Assembly: GCA_041483895.1 (NCBI GenBank)
Contig: JBGPGO010000001.1
Location: forward strand, 96,001-160,000
Source: Fimbriimonadia bacterium
Lineage (GTDB): Bacteria > Armatimonadota > Fimbriimonadia > Fimbriimonadales > JABRVX01
Reading direction: 5' to 3'
DNA: 64,000 bases
Positions 18,057-27,753 of this stretch are shown one piece after another. The translations under genes and the position numbers were made by a program. The notes beneath the pieces were generated by a model. It saw nothing but the letters and a program-made list of their open reading frames with translations, did not search any database and had not been told where the DNA came from. The first letter of the stretch is position 1; the number at the start of each line of letters is the position of its first letter.

Positions 18057-20849
18057 TTATTGGCCGGCGGGAGGTCTGTCCGCAGGGGGATGAGACGGGT
18101 TTTGAAGCAGACGGCCGAGCAGTTCCAACGCCTTGTCCTCTCGCTCTTGAGCCTCACCGTAGGCCGCCCAGTCGCCGCGAGAAAGGGCATCTTTGGCTGC
18201 CCGCCGGGCGCTCTGCAACTCGTCGAATGCCTTTTGGGCGGTCCCCTGTGTGGGTTGGGCGCCGGTGGGTGCGGTAGGCGCCGCAGGAGCAGCCTCTTGT
18301 CCAAACAGCCGTTGGAGCGCCTGGGCATAGGTGTCGCCGAATACGACTCGGCGCTGCGTCGCCAATGCCACCTTGCGAAGCTCCGGAAGCGGCCGGTCCC
18401 CGGTGGACTGTATGAAGAGTGGCTCCACATACAGAATGCTCTTTCCGAGAGGCATCACGAGGAGGTTGCCGCGCTTGACTTCCGAACCACGCTGGCCGAC
18501 GAGGGTGGTCCACTTGGATATCTCCTCATTTTGGAAAAATCGGTTGGCGGCCAGGCGGGGGCCGTTTAGGCTCTTATCGCGCGGGAACTGGTACAAGACC
18601 AGTTGTCCGTACCGATCCGGGTCGCAATGCGCGCCGAGCCAGGCGGTCAGGTTCGGCCGTTCGCGCGGTGTGAACGGCAGCATCATCAGGAACCCCTCAA
18701 GGTCTTCGTCAGGAAGCCTCATCTGAACGTAATAGGGCTCCATCGGCTTGTCTTCGCCCGTTTCCGTCGCGGTCTTCGGCAGGGCCCATTGGTCCTGCTT
18801 CTGGTACCAGGTAGTCGGGTCGGTGACATGGTAGAGCCGAAGCTGTTCTGACTGAGCCCTAAACATGGTCTCCGGATAGCGTATGTGGGCTTTCTGCGAG
18901 TCCGGCATCTGGCTCGCATCTTGGAGCAGTCCGGGATAGATTCGGCGATAGGTCTGGACGATCGGGTCTTGCGCGTCGAACACATAGCCGTGCACTTCGC
19001 CCGTCGCGGCATCGATGGTGACTTTGACCGAATTCCGTATGTAATTGAAGCTGCCGGTAAAGGCGCTATATGGAAACCGATCGGTCATCGTGTATCCATC
19101 CAGGAACCATAGAATCCGTCCGTCCACAATGACCGGATAGGGGTCAAAATCGAAACGAAGGAACGGGAAGACGGAGCTTGCCCGGTCCAAAATGTTGCGA
19201 TGAATCAACAGCTTGGTGTCCGGCTTGAATGCCTCCGTTGTCATGATATTGAATTCGCCGTAAGCTAGGGCGAACAGCAGCCGCCGGGAGAAGCTGCCGA
19301 TGTTCAGTCCGGCAGCGCCTTGGAATGGTGGGAGGGCCAGATCGTCACCGGAGTTGGAGCTCGCGATCTCTTTGATTCGGCTCCGGACGAATACCGGGTC
19401 ATCATTGTGCTCGCTGAAATATAGGCGGGGATCGGTGATGGGAAACAGCGTGCTTTTGGCGGGCGAGAGGTCGGCGAGCAGGAAGTTTGGCCTCCCTTCG
19501 GCGTCTGAGGTATGTACCTCGCTGACCACAATGCCAAAGCCGTGCGTGTATTGGAACCGCAGATTCTGCCAAGTTCGGGCGGAAGGGTCCAGCCCCCTAA
19601 TGTCCAGCTCCCTGGCGCCCAGGTTGACCATCCGCTGCTTGCCATTGATCATGTATCTATCGACATCAACATCCGCGAAATCGTAGAATTGCGTGATGAC
19701 CTGGACACCGTTGTAGTTTGACTTGACGACGTTTGGGTCCCATAGCCGCATGTTGTCCAGAGTGGTCTGCGATACCGCAAAATCTTCCTTTGTCGGCTCC
19801 TCGCGAACCTCATACTTCCGAACCGCAATCTTGTCGAGCATGTAAGCTTGTCGCGTGAACTTAATGGCCCGCTCGATGTACGGGGTCTCTTTTTCGAGCT
19901 GATTTGGCCGAACCACCGTGCCCTGCAAGATGCTCCCGTAGACGGCAGAGCCAAGGACCCACACTACAGCAAGGCCAGCGAGTCCTCCGATTTGGGTGCG
20001 GAATCCACGGAGTCGATTGCACATCAGGACGCATATCGCGCCCAGGAACCAGAAACCGAATGACAGCAGCGTCAGAACGGGCAGATTGGCATTGGCGTCC
20101 GTATATCCCATTCCGGAGAAAAGCGGTCCGTCTTGATACAGAAGGCCAAAACGCCCCAGCCACACATTCCAGCCGATAGCCAGGAACAGTAGGCCGATGA
20201 GTACATTTAGGTGCGTGGCCGCTCGCGGGATGCTCAAATTCAAGCGGCCGGCCCCGGCGATCCCTTGCCCGCCCAGGTAGATGGCGGCGACGGCGATGCC
20301 CGGCACCAGCACACCCATAATCGCGATGGCGGCGATTTCTTGCAGGAAGGGAAGCTTGAATACATAAAAGCCGACATCCCTGCCGAAAACAGGGTCAACC
20401 AGGTTGAACGGCTGGGCGTGCGTCCAGAGCAAGAACTCTTCCCATGAGCCGCGAAGGCCGAACCCGAACAGGATCCCCACAACCGGGCCGGCGATCCATG
20501 CGATTTTGCCCGCGGCGCGTCTGCCGAACTGGAGCATCTTCTCGGCCACTTGAGCGAGAGGGCTGTCCTGAGTCGGTCCCATCACCGCGGTTGCCTGCAG
20601 GGCAATTCGGAGATTTACGAACGTGAATATCCCGAAAATGAGGAAGCCGACGAAAAAGAGGATGAGTCGAGTATCGAACCGAACCGCGAATACTTGGGGA
20701 GCGTGGGCATCCTCTAGGTACCAGAGCCATTCCGAAAATGCGCCCGCGAACTGCGAGCCGAACAGGAGCAGGAAGATAAGGACGGCGATGATGCCGAACC
20801 CTGTTTTCTGCCGTCGAGTCAGTTTAGCCTCAGGCTGGCGATGAATCAT
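18057..20849 (-). CDS. UPF0182 family membrane protein
   Basis: 'DPVFGRDVGFYVFKLP', 'RLWDP', 'DVDRY', 'YTHGFG', 'NYIRNSVK'; ATG 20849 follows a GGAGG site. Confidence 0.93.
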   Translation of the reverse strand: MIHRQPEAKLTRRQKTGFGIIAVLIFLLLFGSQFAGAFSEWLWYLEDAHAPQVFAVRFDTRLILFFVGFLIFGIFTFVNLRIALQATAVMGPTQDSPLAQVAEKMLQFGRRAAGKIAWIAGPVVGILFGFGLRGSWEEFLLWTHAQPFNLVDPVFGRDVGFYVFKLPFLQEIAAIAIMGVLVPGIAVAAIYLGGQGIAGAGRLNLSIPRAATHLNVLIGLLFLAIGWNVWLGRFGLLYQDGPLFSGMGYTDANANLPVLTLLSFGFWFLGAICVLMCNRLRGFRTQIGGLAGLAVVWVLGSAVYGSILQGTVVRPNQLEKETPYIERAIKFTRQAYMLDKIAVRKYEVREEPTKEDFAVSQTTLDNMRLWDPNVVKSNYNGVQVITQFYDFADVDVDRYMINGKQRMVNLGARELDIRGLDPSARTWQNLRFQYTHGFGIVVSEVHTSDAEGRPNFLLADLSPAKSTLFPITDPRLYFSEHNDDPVFVRSRIKEIASSNSGDDLALPPFQGAAGLNIGSFSRRLLFALAYGEFNIMTTEAFKPDTKLLIHRNILDRASSVFPFLRFDFDPYPVIVDGRILWFLDGYTMTDRFPYSAFTGSFNYIRNSVKVTIDAATGEVHGYVFDAQDPIVQTYRRIYPGLLQDASQMPDSQKAHIRYPETMFRAQSEQLRLYHVTDPTTWYQKQDQWALPKTATETGEDKPMEPYYVQMRLPDEDLEGFLMMLPFTPRERPNLTAWLGAHCDPDRYGQLVLYQFPRDKSLNGPRLAANRFFQNEEISKWTTLVGQRGSEVKRGNLLVMPLGKSILYVEPLFIQSTGDRPLPELRKVALATQRRVVFGDTYAQALQRLFGQEAAPAAPTAPTGAQPTQGTAQKAFDELQSARRAAKDALSRGDWAAYGEAQEREDKALELLGRLLQNPSHPPADRPPAGQ

Positions 20850-20998
20850 TCTTCCTTCCACCTCCCCGGTTCGCAATGAGATACGCCGGTAAATTCGATC
20901 GGGTTGAGTCCGCCAGGCAATTGTACACGGTATTGAGAATAGGGCAGGTATGTTGGGTATCATATCTTTTCGAATGCCACTCGGCATTGCCGAGGGCA

Positions 20999-21087
20999 TC
21001 CTTCCTGTCCCAGTGTGCGGGCGGCTCCGATGGAACGGAGCCCTCCAAGTTGCGCCGGGACCGAGCCAATATCGTCCATAGGGAGGA
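20999..21087 (+). ncRNA. Probable S6:S18 ribosomal-protein leader RNA
   Basis: TCCTTCCTGT (20999-21008) pairs with ATAGGGAGGA (21078-21087), covering the rpsF SD; CCA sits at the 5' edge of that strand; inner hairpin GGCTCCG/CGGAGCC (21023-21042). Confidence 0.6.
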
Positions 21088-21092
21088 CCAAT

Positions 21093-21413
21093 TTGGACAA
21101 TAGAACGTATGAAGCGCTGTATATTCTTGAGCCGTCGATCCAAAACGACGCGATAGAAACCTTGATCCAGAAGTTCAGCAAGGTCGTCACCGACGCAGGC
21201 GGCGAGGTGGAACGGGCCGAAGTCTGGGAGCGCCGCCGCCTCGCCTACGAGATTTCCGGCAAAAAAGAAGGCATCTACTGCCTCATGTATTTCGCCGCGC
21301 CCGTGACCCTGCCCAAGGAACTGACCCGTCAGTTCAGCATAACGGAGCCGGTCCTCCGTTCCCGCATTTATCTTCGAGAGAAGGAGAAAGCCGCGACATG
21401 CTCAACCGAGTAA
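21093..21413 (+). CDS. rpsF: 30S ribosomal protein S6
   Basis: 'YEALYILEP', 'WERRRLAYEI'; TTG start at 21093 after GGGAGG; rpsF-ssb-rpsR order. Confidence 0.95.
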   Translation: MDNRTYEALYILEPSIQNDAIETLIQKFSKVVTDAGGEVERAEVWERRRLAYEISGKKEGIYCLMYFAAPVTLPKELTRQFSITEPVLRSRIYLREKEKAATCSTE

Positions 21414-21796
21414 TCATGATTGGGCGCCTGACAAAGGACCCGGAACTCCGCACCACCAACACCGGCAAGTCGGTCGCATCGTTCCGCATCGCCGTGGATC
21501 GATTCGGCGGCGGCGAGGATAAGCAAACCGATTTCTTTAACGTGAGCTGCTGGGAGCGTCAGGCGGAATACGTTTCCAACTACTTGCAAAAAGGACGACT
21601 TGTGGCAGTGGACGGCCGGATACAGAACCGGCAATACACCGCCCAAGACGGCACCGAGAAGTATTTCACTGAGATCGTCGCCCAATCGGTCCATGGGCTG
21701 GATCGGCCCAAGGACCCGGATGCCCAACCGACAGGTCCGGCGGATGCCGCCGAATATGGCGACTACTCTGACGACGACCCGTTCGCCGCGGAATAG
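21398..21796 (+). CDS. ssb: Single-stranded DNA-binding protein
   Basis: 'NRVIMIGRLTKDPELR', 'YLQKGRLVAVDGRIQ', acidic tail 'DDDPF'. Confidence 0.97.
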   Translation: MLNRVIMIGRLTKDPELRTTNTGKSVASFRIAVDRFGGGEDKQTDFFNVSCWERQAEYVSNYLQKGRLVAVDGRIQNRQYTAQDGTEKYFTEIVAQSVHGLDRPKDPDAQPTGPADAAEYGDYSDDDPFAAE

Positions 21797-21805
21797 GAGA
21801 AACGT

Positions 21806-22342
21806 ATGAAAGATGAACAGAGCACGGTAAAAGAGACCGCCGCGGCGACGCCGAAAGAAAAGCCGGCTGAGGCAGCAGCGCAGCCCGCGGCTCCGGCCGC
21901 CGCTCCAGCAGCCGCTCCAGCAGCCGCTCCAGCAGCCGCTCCAGCAGCCGCCCCAGCAGCCGCATCGGCAGGCGCACCGGCGGCAGCCCCAACGCAAGCG
22001 CCGCGCCGCCCAGCCCCCCGGCAAGACCGGCCTCGCGATGGCGGAGGCGATCGGGGAGACCGAGGAGATCGGGGGGATCGCGGAGATCGCGGAGATCGAG
22101 GCGACTATGGGTCCAAGGAGCGCCCCCGGAAGTTCCGACGGCGGCGGAAGTTATGCGCCTTTTGCGTGGATAAGACGCCGGTCAACTACAAAGACGTTCC
22201 AAAATTGCGGAAATTTCTGACTGAGCGCGGCAAAATCGTCCCGCGCCGACAGTCCGGCACCTGCGCCAAGCACCAGCGGTCCTTGGCCATCCAGATCAAG
22301 CGGTCCAGAGAATGCGCCCTCTTGCCGTACGTCGCCGGATAA
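21806..22342 (+). CDS. rpsR: 30S ribosomal protein S18 (Zn-binding type) with long low-complexity N-terminal extension
   Basis: 'CAFC...NYKDV...[22 protein letters not shown]...ALLPY'; AGGAGA SD before ATG 21806. Confidence 0.95.
   Translation: MKDEQSTVKETAAATPKEKPAEAAAQPAAPAAAPAAAPAAAPAAAPAAAPAAASAGAPAAAPTQAPRRPAPRQDRPRDGGGDRGDRGDRGDRGDRGDRGDYGSKERPRKFRRRRKLCAFCVDKTPVNYKDVPKLRKFLTERGKIVPRRQSGTCAKHQRSLAIQIKRSRECALLPYVAG
21890..21961 (+). repeat. 12-nt coding tandem repeat (APAA) x6 in rpsR
   Basis: GCTCCAGCAGCC four exact copies (21902-21949) plus two variant flanking copies. Confidence 0.9.
22046..22105 (+). repeat. 9-nt coding tandem repeat (GDR) x6 in rpsR
   Basis: GGN-GAY-CGN units with synonymous variation. 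Confidence 0.9.
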
Positions 22343-22351
22343 CGGTTCAAA

Positions 22352-22380
22352 GAACAGGCGTCGGCATTCGGCGCCTGTTC
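22352..22380 (+). terminator. Hairpin after rpsR (possible terminator or processing stem)
   Basis: GAACAGGCGTCG-GCATT-CGGCGCCTGTTC; weak U-tract. Confidence 0.5.
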
Positions 22381-22410
22381 ATCAGATTTCTGGATGTTAG
22401 GAGATATCGC

Positions 22411-23472
22411 ATGCAATTCGCTGAAATCCTGGACGACCCCCGAAAGCTTTCCGCCTTGGATCCCAAAGACGTGTTGGGTTTGACAGTCGACTTTCCAAAC
22501 CAGTGCGCGAAAGCGATCGATATCTTCGAGCGATCCAACTTCCAGCCGCCGACAACGGAGATTCACAACGTTGTGGTCTGCGGCATGGGCGGTTCGGCGG
22601 CGGGCGGTGACCTGTTCAGATGTATCGCGGAGCAGACGGGAGGCGTCCCAGTCGAGGTTATTCGCGACTACACGCTCCCAAAATATGTCGGAAAACATAC
22701 CTGGTGCATATTCGTGAGCTATTCCGGCAATACGGAGGAGACCTTGAGTTCCTACCGCGCCTCGAGCGAGCGCGGCGGCCCCCGGCTCTGCATCACGAGC
22801 GGCGGGGAATTAGCCGAGCTTGCGGCCAAGGGTGAAGTCCAGGTGATTCGCGTTCCCGGCGGGCAGCCGCCTCGCACGGCGCTCGGATTCATGTTCGTTC
22901 CGCTTGTGCTGGCCGGCGCGAAGGCCGGGATCATCGAGGCCATTGACTTCTCGCATCTCCACGACGATCTTCAGGCCATGCGAGAGCAGTTCGGGCCGGA
23001 CAAGCCCTACGCGGAAAACGGCGCGAAGTGGTTGGCCGGTGAGCTGTTCCAGCGGCTCCCATTCATCTACGGATTGGGCACATACCAAGGGGCCGTGGCT
23101 TATCGTTGGAAGTGCCAAATCAATGAGAACTCGAAGGTGCATGCGCACGCGAACGCATTGCCGGAGATGAACCACAACGAGATCATGGGTTGGACGAAGG
23201 CGCATGAGGTCACGCGGGCCTATTCCGTGGTCTGTCTGTTCGACGGCACGGAATCGCAGCGAATGTTCAAACGGTGGGACGTGACTCTGAAACTGATCGA
23301 TCCGATCCCAGTGCACGGTCTTCGGGTTGAGGGCCGCGATCTGCTGACGAAGATTCTTTCGATGTGTTATATGGGGGATTTTGTGAGCGTCTATCTCGCC
23401 CGGCTCAACGAGGTCGATCCGGAGAACATCGACAACATCAACACGCTGAAGGCGGCGCTGGCGGAAACTTAG
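22411..23472 (+). CDS. Bifunctional phosphoglucose/phosphomannose isomerase
   Basis: SIS motifs 'CGMGGSA', 'SYSGNTEETL', 'GQPPRTA', 'RWKCQINENSK', 'PEMNHNEI'; ATG 22411 after AGGAG. Confidence 0.93.
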   Translation: MQFAEILDDPRKLSALDPKDVLGLTVDFPNQCAKAIDIFERSNFQPPTTEIHNVVVCGMGGSAAGGDLFRCIAEQTGGVPVEVIRDYTLPKYVGKHTWCIFVSYSGNTEETLSSYRASSERGGPRLCITSGGELAELAAKGEVQVIRVPGGQPPRTALGFMFVPLVLAGAKAGIIEAIDFSHLHDDLQAMREQFGPDKPYAENGAKWLAGELFQRLPFIYGLGTYQGAVAYRWKCQINENSKVHAHANALPEMNHNEIMGWTKAHEVTRAYSVVCLFDGTESQRMFKRWDVTLKLIDPIPVHGLRVEGRDLLTKILSMCYMGDFVSVYLARLNEVDPENIDNINTLKAALAET

Positions 23473-24743
23473 CGTAGTTCCCGCAAAGAGCGCGCAAACA
23501 CGATGGCAAGCAGCCCGATGCCGAGTCCTATCGCCCCACCGATAACGAACGCCTGAGGCACACCCCCCCTGCTGCCTAGCCAGCCAAAGAGAAGATTTCC
23601 GATGGGGCTGCATCCGGATATCGCCCAAAAATGCACGGATATCAGCCGGCCGCGCATCCCTTCCGGGGAGTTGGCCTGAAGCAACGCGTTTCCGCTGTTG
23701 AGCATTCCGGTTCCGCAAAAGCCGAGGAGAACGAGGCACGCCGCGGTGGCGTAAACCCACGTTTGCGGATGCGCGGACGCCGCTGCCTTGATTCCGATGT
23801 ACCCAAGCGCGACCATTCCGACCGAAAAGCCAGTCAGACCGAAGGCGGGAATCCGTCCCCTGCCCGACCAGCGCGAGATGAGGGCAAGGGTGCCAAGACT
23901 GGCGACCGCGCCAATTCCGGTTGCGGTGTATAGGAGCGCGAACGCGGCTTTGCTCAACTCGAGAACCGCGAATGCGAGGGCCGGCAACTGGACCAAATAG
24001 AACATTCCAAAAATGCTGATTGCGATTTCCAGCAACAGGACCGTCCGCAGGGACCGGGTCGACCACGCCACCTGCAAACCGACTTTGGTCCGCCGCAGGA
24101 GTGAGCCATCATCCGGGACATTGAGGTTGCGAACAGTCTGAATCGCGAAGAGCGAAAATAGCATGGTGGAGTAGCTGATTCCGTTGATCACGAAACAGGT
24201 GCCCGCGCCATATTTGGTCAAAAGAATGCTTCCAATCGTTGGGCCGACGAGGCGGGCAATGTTGAACGACGCGCCTGTTAATGGGACCGCATTCGCGAGA
24301 TCATCTTCATCGACAATCTCCCCGATCATGCTCTGCCGCGCCGGCACGTCGATGGCCCAAATAATCCCATTGATGAAACTGAGCACAAGTATATGCCAGA
24401 CCTGTATGACATTGAGATTTGTCAGCAGGCCGAGGATCAACGCCGTGATCGCCAGGGCCGACTGCGTGGCGATAACGGTCTTCTTCTTGGACAATTTGTC
24501 GGCCAGGGAGCCGGCGAATGGCGCGATCAATAGGATGGGAATCTGTCCGGAGAAGCTGACCAAGCCCAGCATCAATGGGCTTTGGGTGAGGTGAAAGACG
24601 AGCCATCCCTGGGCAACATTCTGCATCCAATTTCCGACAAACGACAGAAACGCGCCCGTCCAATATATGCGAAAGTTGCGATGGCGAAGGGCGCTAAACT
24701 GCTCGGCGAGGCGCAGGCGGGAGCGCTCTGATGCGATTAGCAC
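23469..24743 (-). CDS. MFS transporter (MFS_3-like)
   Basis: 'ALRHRNFRIYW', 'GNWMQNVAQGWLV', 'DVPARQS'; many TM helices. Confidence 0.92.
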   Translation of the reverse strand: MLIASERSRLRLAEQFSALRHRNFRIYWTGAFLSFVGNWMQNVAQGWLVFHLTQSPLMLGLVSFSGQIPILLIAPFAGSLADKLSKKKTVIATQSALAITALILGLLTNLNVIQVWHILVLSFINGIIWAIDVPARQSMIGEIVDEDDLANAVPLTGASFNIARLVGPTIGSILLTKYGAGTCFVINGISYSTMLFSLFAIQTVRNLNVPDDGSLLRRTKVGLQVAWSTRSLRTVLLLEIAISIFGMFYLVQLPALAFAVLELSKAAFALLYTATGIGAVASLGTLALISRWSGRGRIPAFGLTGFSVGMVALGYIGIKAAASAHPQTWVYATAACLVLLGFCGTGMLNSGNALLQANSPEGMRGRLISVHFWAISGCSPIGNLLFGWLGSRGGVPQAFVIGGAIGLGIGLLAIVFARSLRELR

Positions 24744-24760
24744 TGTCTAAGTATGACACG

Positions 24761-26104
24761 TTAGGAGAGGCCGAGAGCGGTGAGGGCGCCGCGTGGCGTG
24801 GACTTTACGATCTCCACCCGTTTGCAGGAGCGCTCTGAAAGTTCGGCAGCGGGGATGTCATCCAGGAGGAGACCTTCGGCGTTGACGCAGATGTCCGGGA
24901 TGAGGACGCGATTGCGGATGTCGGACATTGCCATCCGCACCAGAAGGTCCTGGCCCGTCATCAATCCCGCTATCGTTATCAACGGTCCGAAGAATTCGTT
25001 CTCGATAACCGCCACATTGATGTCCACGCGGTCCAGCCGATTGAGACGATCGACGAACTGTTGGATGGGATGCTCGGCAATCTTCCCGGTCATCAGCGTG
25101 GCGGCCAGCGGCGATGCCGGTGCGCTCAGATTTTGGCAAGCCTCGTCGGCATCGTCCATAAACGTCCGGACGGTGCCGATTCCGTCCTCGAACTGGGGAA
25201 AATCCTCGTACCATGCCCGCTCGGGATAGTCGCGCTCGGCGAGATAGAACCACTCATCGGTCGGGAAGAGGAAGGAGGTGCCTAGCAGCGCCTGCAGTTC
25301 CCGCCGCCATTCATCGCACTGGTCCAACACTTGATTGGCGTATGGTCTATCCACGGGCACAAGATCGGGCAGGTGGCTTCGAAATTTGGTGAGGCCGACG
25401 GGGACCAACGCGATGGATAGCACCCCGGCCTCCAGTCTCGTGAGCGTCGGATGAAGCTGCGCCAATTCACGGATGGTCTGTTCCAGCACTGCGCCATCGT
25501 TGTAACCGGGGCAGAGCACGACCTGGGCGTGGATCGAGATGCTGTTGCGGGCCAACTCCGCCAGCATCGGCACGATGGGCATCTCGGCTTGCTTCCCCAA
25601 CATCTTTTGGCGCTCCATCGGGTCGGTGGCATGGACGGAGACGTACATCGGGGAGAGGGCCTGTTCGCAGATGCGCTCGAATTCGCCCTCTTTGAGATTG
25701 GTGAGGGTGACGTAGTTGCCGTGGAGGAATGAGAGGCGGTAGTCATCGTCCATCAGGTAGAGCGAGCGCCGCATCTTCTTGGGCATCTGGTGGATGAAAC
25801 AGAAGACGCACTTGTTGTTGCAGGTGTGTATTTTGTCTGCCAGCTCGAACTGGAAGGTGAGGCCGATCTCTTCTCCGTATTCCCTCTCGACTCGCAGATC
25901 GATGGTTTGATCGTCTCGCCGGATTGTGAGATAGAAGATTTGCTCGGCGGTTTCGTAGCGAAAATCGATGATGTCTTGGATCCGTTGGCCGTTGGCGGCG
26001 ATTGCCACATCGCCGATCCGGACGCCGGCGCGATCCGCCGCTCCGCCCGCGGCCACTTCCGCGACGGACAGACCACCGCCCTGGATAACTGCCAATTCCG
26101 ACAT
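24761..26104 (-). CDS. DUF512 family PDZ / radical-SAM-like Fe-S protein
   Basis: N-terminal PDZ-like segment, 'CNNKCVFCFIHQMP', 'DDDYRLSFL', 'VPVGLTKFR'. Confidence 0.9.
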   Translation of the reverse strand: MSELAVIQGGGLSVAEVAAGGAADRAGVRIGDVAIAANGQRIQDIIDFRYETAEQIFYLTIRRDDQTIDLRVEREYGEEIGLTFQFELADKIHTCNNKCVFCFIHQMPKKMRRSLYLMDDDYRLSFLHGNYVTLTNLKEGEFERICEQALSPMYVSVHATDPMERQKMLGKQAEMPIVPMLAELARNSISIHAQVVLCPGYNDGAVLEQTIRELAQLHPTLTRLEAGVLSIALVPVGLTKFRSHLPDLVPVDRPYANQVLDQCDEWRRELQALLGTSFLFPTDEWFYLAERDYPERAWYEDFPQFEDGIGTVRTFMDDADEACQNLSAPASPLAATLMTGKIAEHPIQQFVDRLNRLDRVDINVAVIENEFFGPLITIAGLMTGQDLLVRMAMSDIRNRVLIPDICVNAEGLLLDDIPAAELSERSCKRVEIVKSTPRGALTALGLS

Positions 26105-26129
26105 AGACGGCAGTATACCGGTCCGCCCC

Positions 26130-26272
26130 CGCAACGCTGCCTTCCAGCCGGCAGCAAAGTCTCAATGCCGGCGCGTAACGCTGCCCTCCAGGCGGCATTG
26201 TGCCGGCAGGATGCCAGCGTTACGCTCCGGGCGGTTGTAAGGCTCCAATGCCGGCTGGAAGCCAGCGTTACG
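26130..26272. repeat. Cluster of four GTAA-type REP-like repeats (two forward, two inverted)
   Basis: 26130-26153, 26174-26197, 26201-26224 and 26249-26272; approximate consensus CGTAACGCTGSCWTCCAGCCGGCA. Confidence 0.85.
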
Positions 26273-26290
26273 TATAATGGTTGTGTGGAA

Positions 26291-27682
26291 GTGCAAGAGG
26301 AAATTCGGGCGTTTTGGCTGCGGCATGAGGTCGGTGCCGTGCGGGTTGTCGTCGGGTTTTCCGGCGGCGCGGATTCGACGGCGCTGCTCCACGGATTGGC
26401 ATCGGTTGCGCCCGATCTCGGCGTTGAGGTGATCGCTGCCCACCTGCATCACGGAATGCGAGGCGAAGAGGCGGACCAAGACGTAGAACATTGCCGTGCG
26501 GTGGCCGAAGGTCTGGGCCTCGAATTTGTGACCGAGAGAGAAGACGTCCCGAAGTTGGCGGAGGAATGGAAGATTGGTATAGAAGAAGCAGGCCGGAATG
26601 CCAGATACCGATTCTTCGAAACTGTCGTTGCGAGTCAAGCGGCAGAATTCATCGCGACCGGGCATACAGCGGACGATCACGTTGAAACTATTCTTATGCA
26701 CGTCGCACGCGGCTCTGGAATCGGCGGCTTGTGTGGGATAAGGGCATACGGTCGGTTTTCAATCAGAATCCGGCCAATTCTAACTGTACGACGCTCGGAG
26801 ACAATTGAATACTGCGATTCCAACAGCCTGCAATTTTTGTCCGATCCCACCAACAACGAAATGCGATTCGTCCGCAATCGATTGCGGCATGTTCTTCGGA
26901 CAAACTTGGTGGACGTATTCGGCGAGGAACTGTACAATTCGATAGCACGCTTGGCCGAAATCGCCCGTGCAGAAGATCTTTACATTCTGGGCGATACACT
27001 GGATGCGGCTAATGAGTTGGAATCGCCAATGCACCCGATCGAAGCGGCGCTAAATCTGCCGAATCACGAGTACCGAATCCGCTTCGCTGATCTCAACGAG
27101 CTCTCGCTCGCGATACGCCGGCGTCTCATCCGGCATCTCATTCGCCGCTTTCACCCCGAACCAAATATCAGCTTTGAGTTGGTTGAGAGCATCTTGTCTG
27201 GGCGCAACACATCGTTTTCCGTGGAAGGAACATTAGTAAGGGTGGTTCTGACCGACGAAGAGGTAATTTTCGAAAGTGAACCGTTTTCGGAAGAGGTCTG
27301 GCAAACACCGTTAACCGCCAACACGTCCCTACGGATCACCTCTATGCCCGTAGAGATCCTCCATTGGACCGGCGAGCCACCGACCGACGTGACCCTGTTC
27401 CGTGGAACCAAGGCCGTATTCGACCGAGAATCAGTCCAAGGCGACCTGATCGTGACCAAACCGGCTTCCGGCGAGTACATTCCCCTCGGATTTACGGGCC
27501 ATCGATCGGTGCGCGACATTTTGAGTTCGGAAGGCATCCCTAGGATGCTGCGGGGCCAGCTTCCGATGGTGTCCGACGACCTGGGACCCATCTGGGTGCT
27601 CGGCGGACGAATCGCGGACCGGGTGAAAGTGACGGATCAGACGCGAGAATGCGGCTATCTTGAAGTCAAACCGGCGGTATAA
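26291..27682 (+). CDS. tilS: tRNA(Ile)-lysidine synthetase
   Basis: PP-loop 'GFSGGADSTALL', 'HLHHGMR', 'TGHTADD', 'RNRLR'; adjacent to ftsH; start approximate (GTG 26285 or 26291). Confidence 0.93.
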   Translation: MQEEIRAFWLRHEVGAVRVVVGFSGGADSTALLHGLASVAPDLGVEVIAAHLHHGMRGEEADQDVEHCRAVAEGLGLEFVTEREDVPKLAEEWKIGIEEAGRNARYRFFETVVASQAAEFIATGHTADDHVETILMHVARGSGIGGLCGIRAYGRFSIRIRPILTVRRSETIEYCDSNSLQFLSDPTNNEMRFVRNRLRHVLRTNLVDVFGEELYNSIARLAEIARAEDLYILGDTLDAANELESPMHPIEAALNLPNHEYRIRFADLNELSLAIRRRLIRHLIRRFHPEPNISFELVESILSGRNTSFSVEGTLVRVVLTDEEVIFESEPFSEEVWQTPLTANTSLRITSMPVEILHWTGEPPTDVTLFRGTKAVFDRESVQGDLIVTKPASGEYIPLGFTGHRSVRDILSSEGIPRMLRGQLPMVSDDLGPIWVLGGRIADRVKVTDQTRECGYLEVKPAV

Positions 27683-27753
27683 TCCGTAGCTCGGCGTAAC
27701 ATTGCGCCAGGCGAACGCGTAGGTCAATAAGAGGCGCGATCTGGATCGCCGCC

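Noticed and set aside
20850..21143. N-terminal extension of the UPF0182 ORF
   Set aside because: Runs antisense through the rpsF leader and start; a clear SD precedes ATG 20849.
25790..26284. N-terminal extension of tilS
   Set aside because: Antisense to the DUF512 gene and crosses the REP cluster; not TilS-like.
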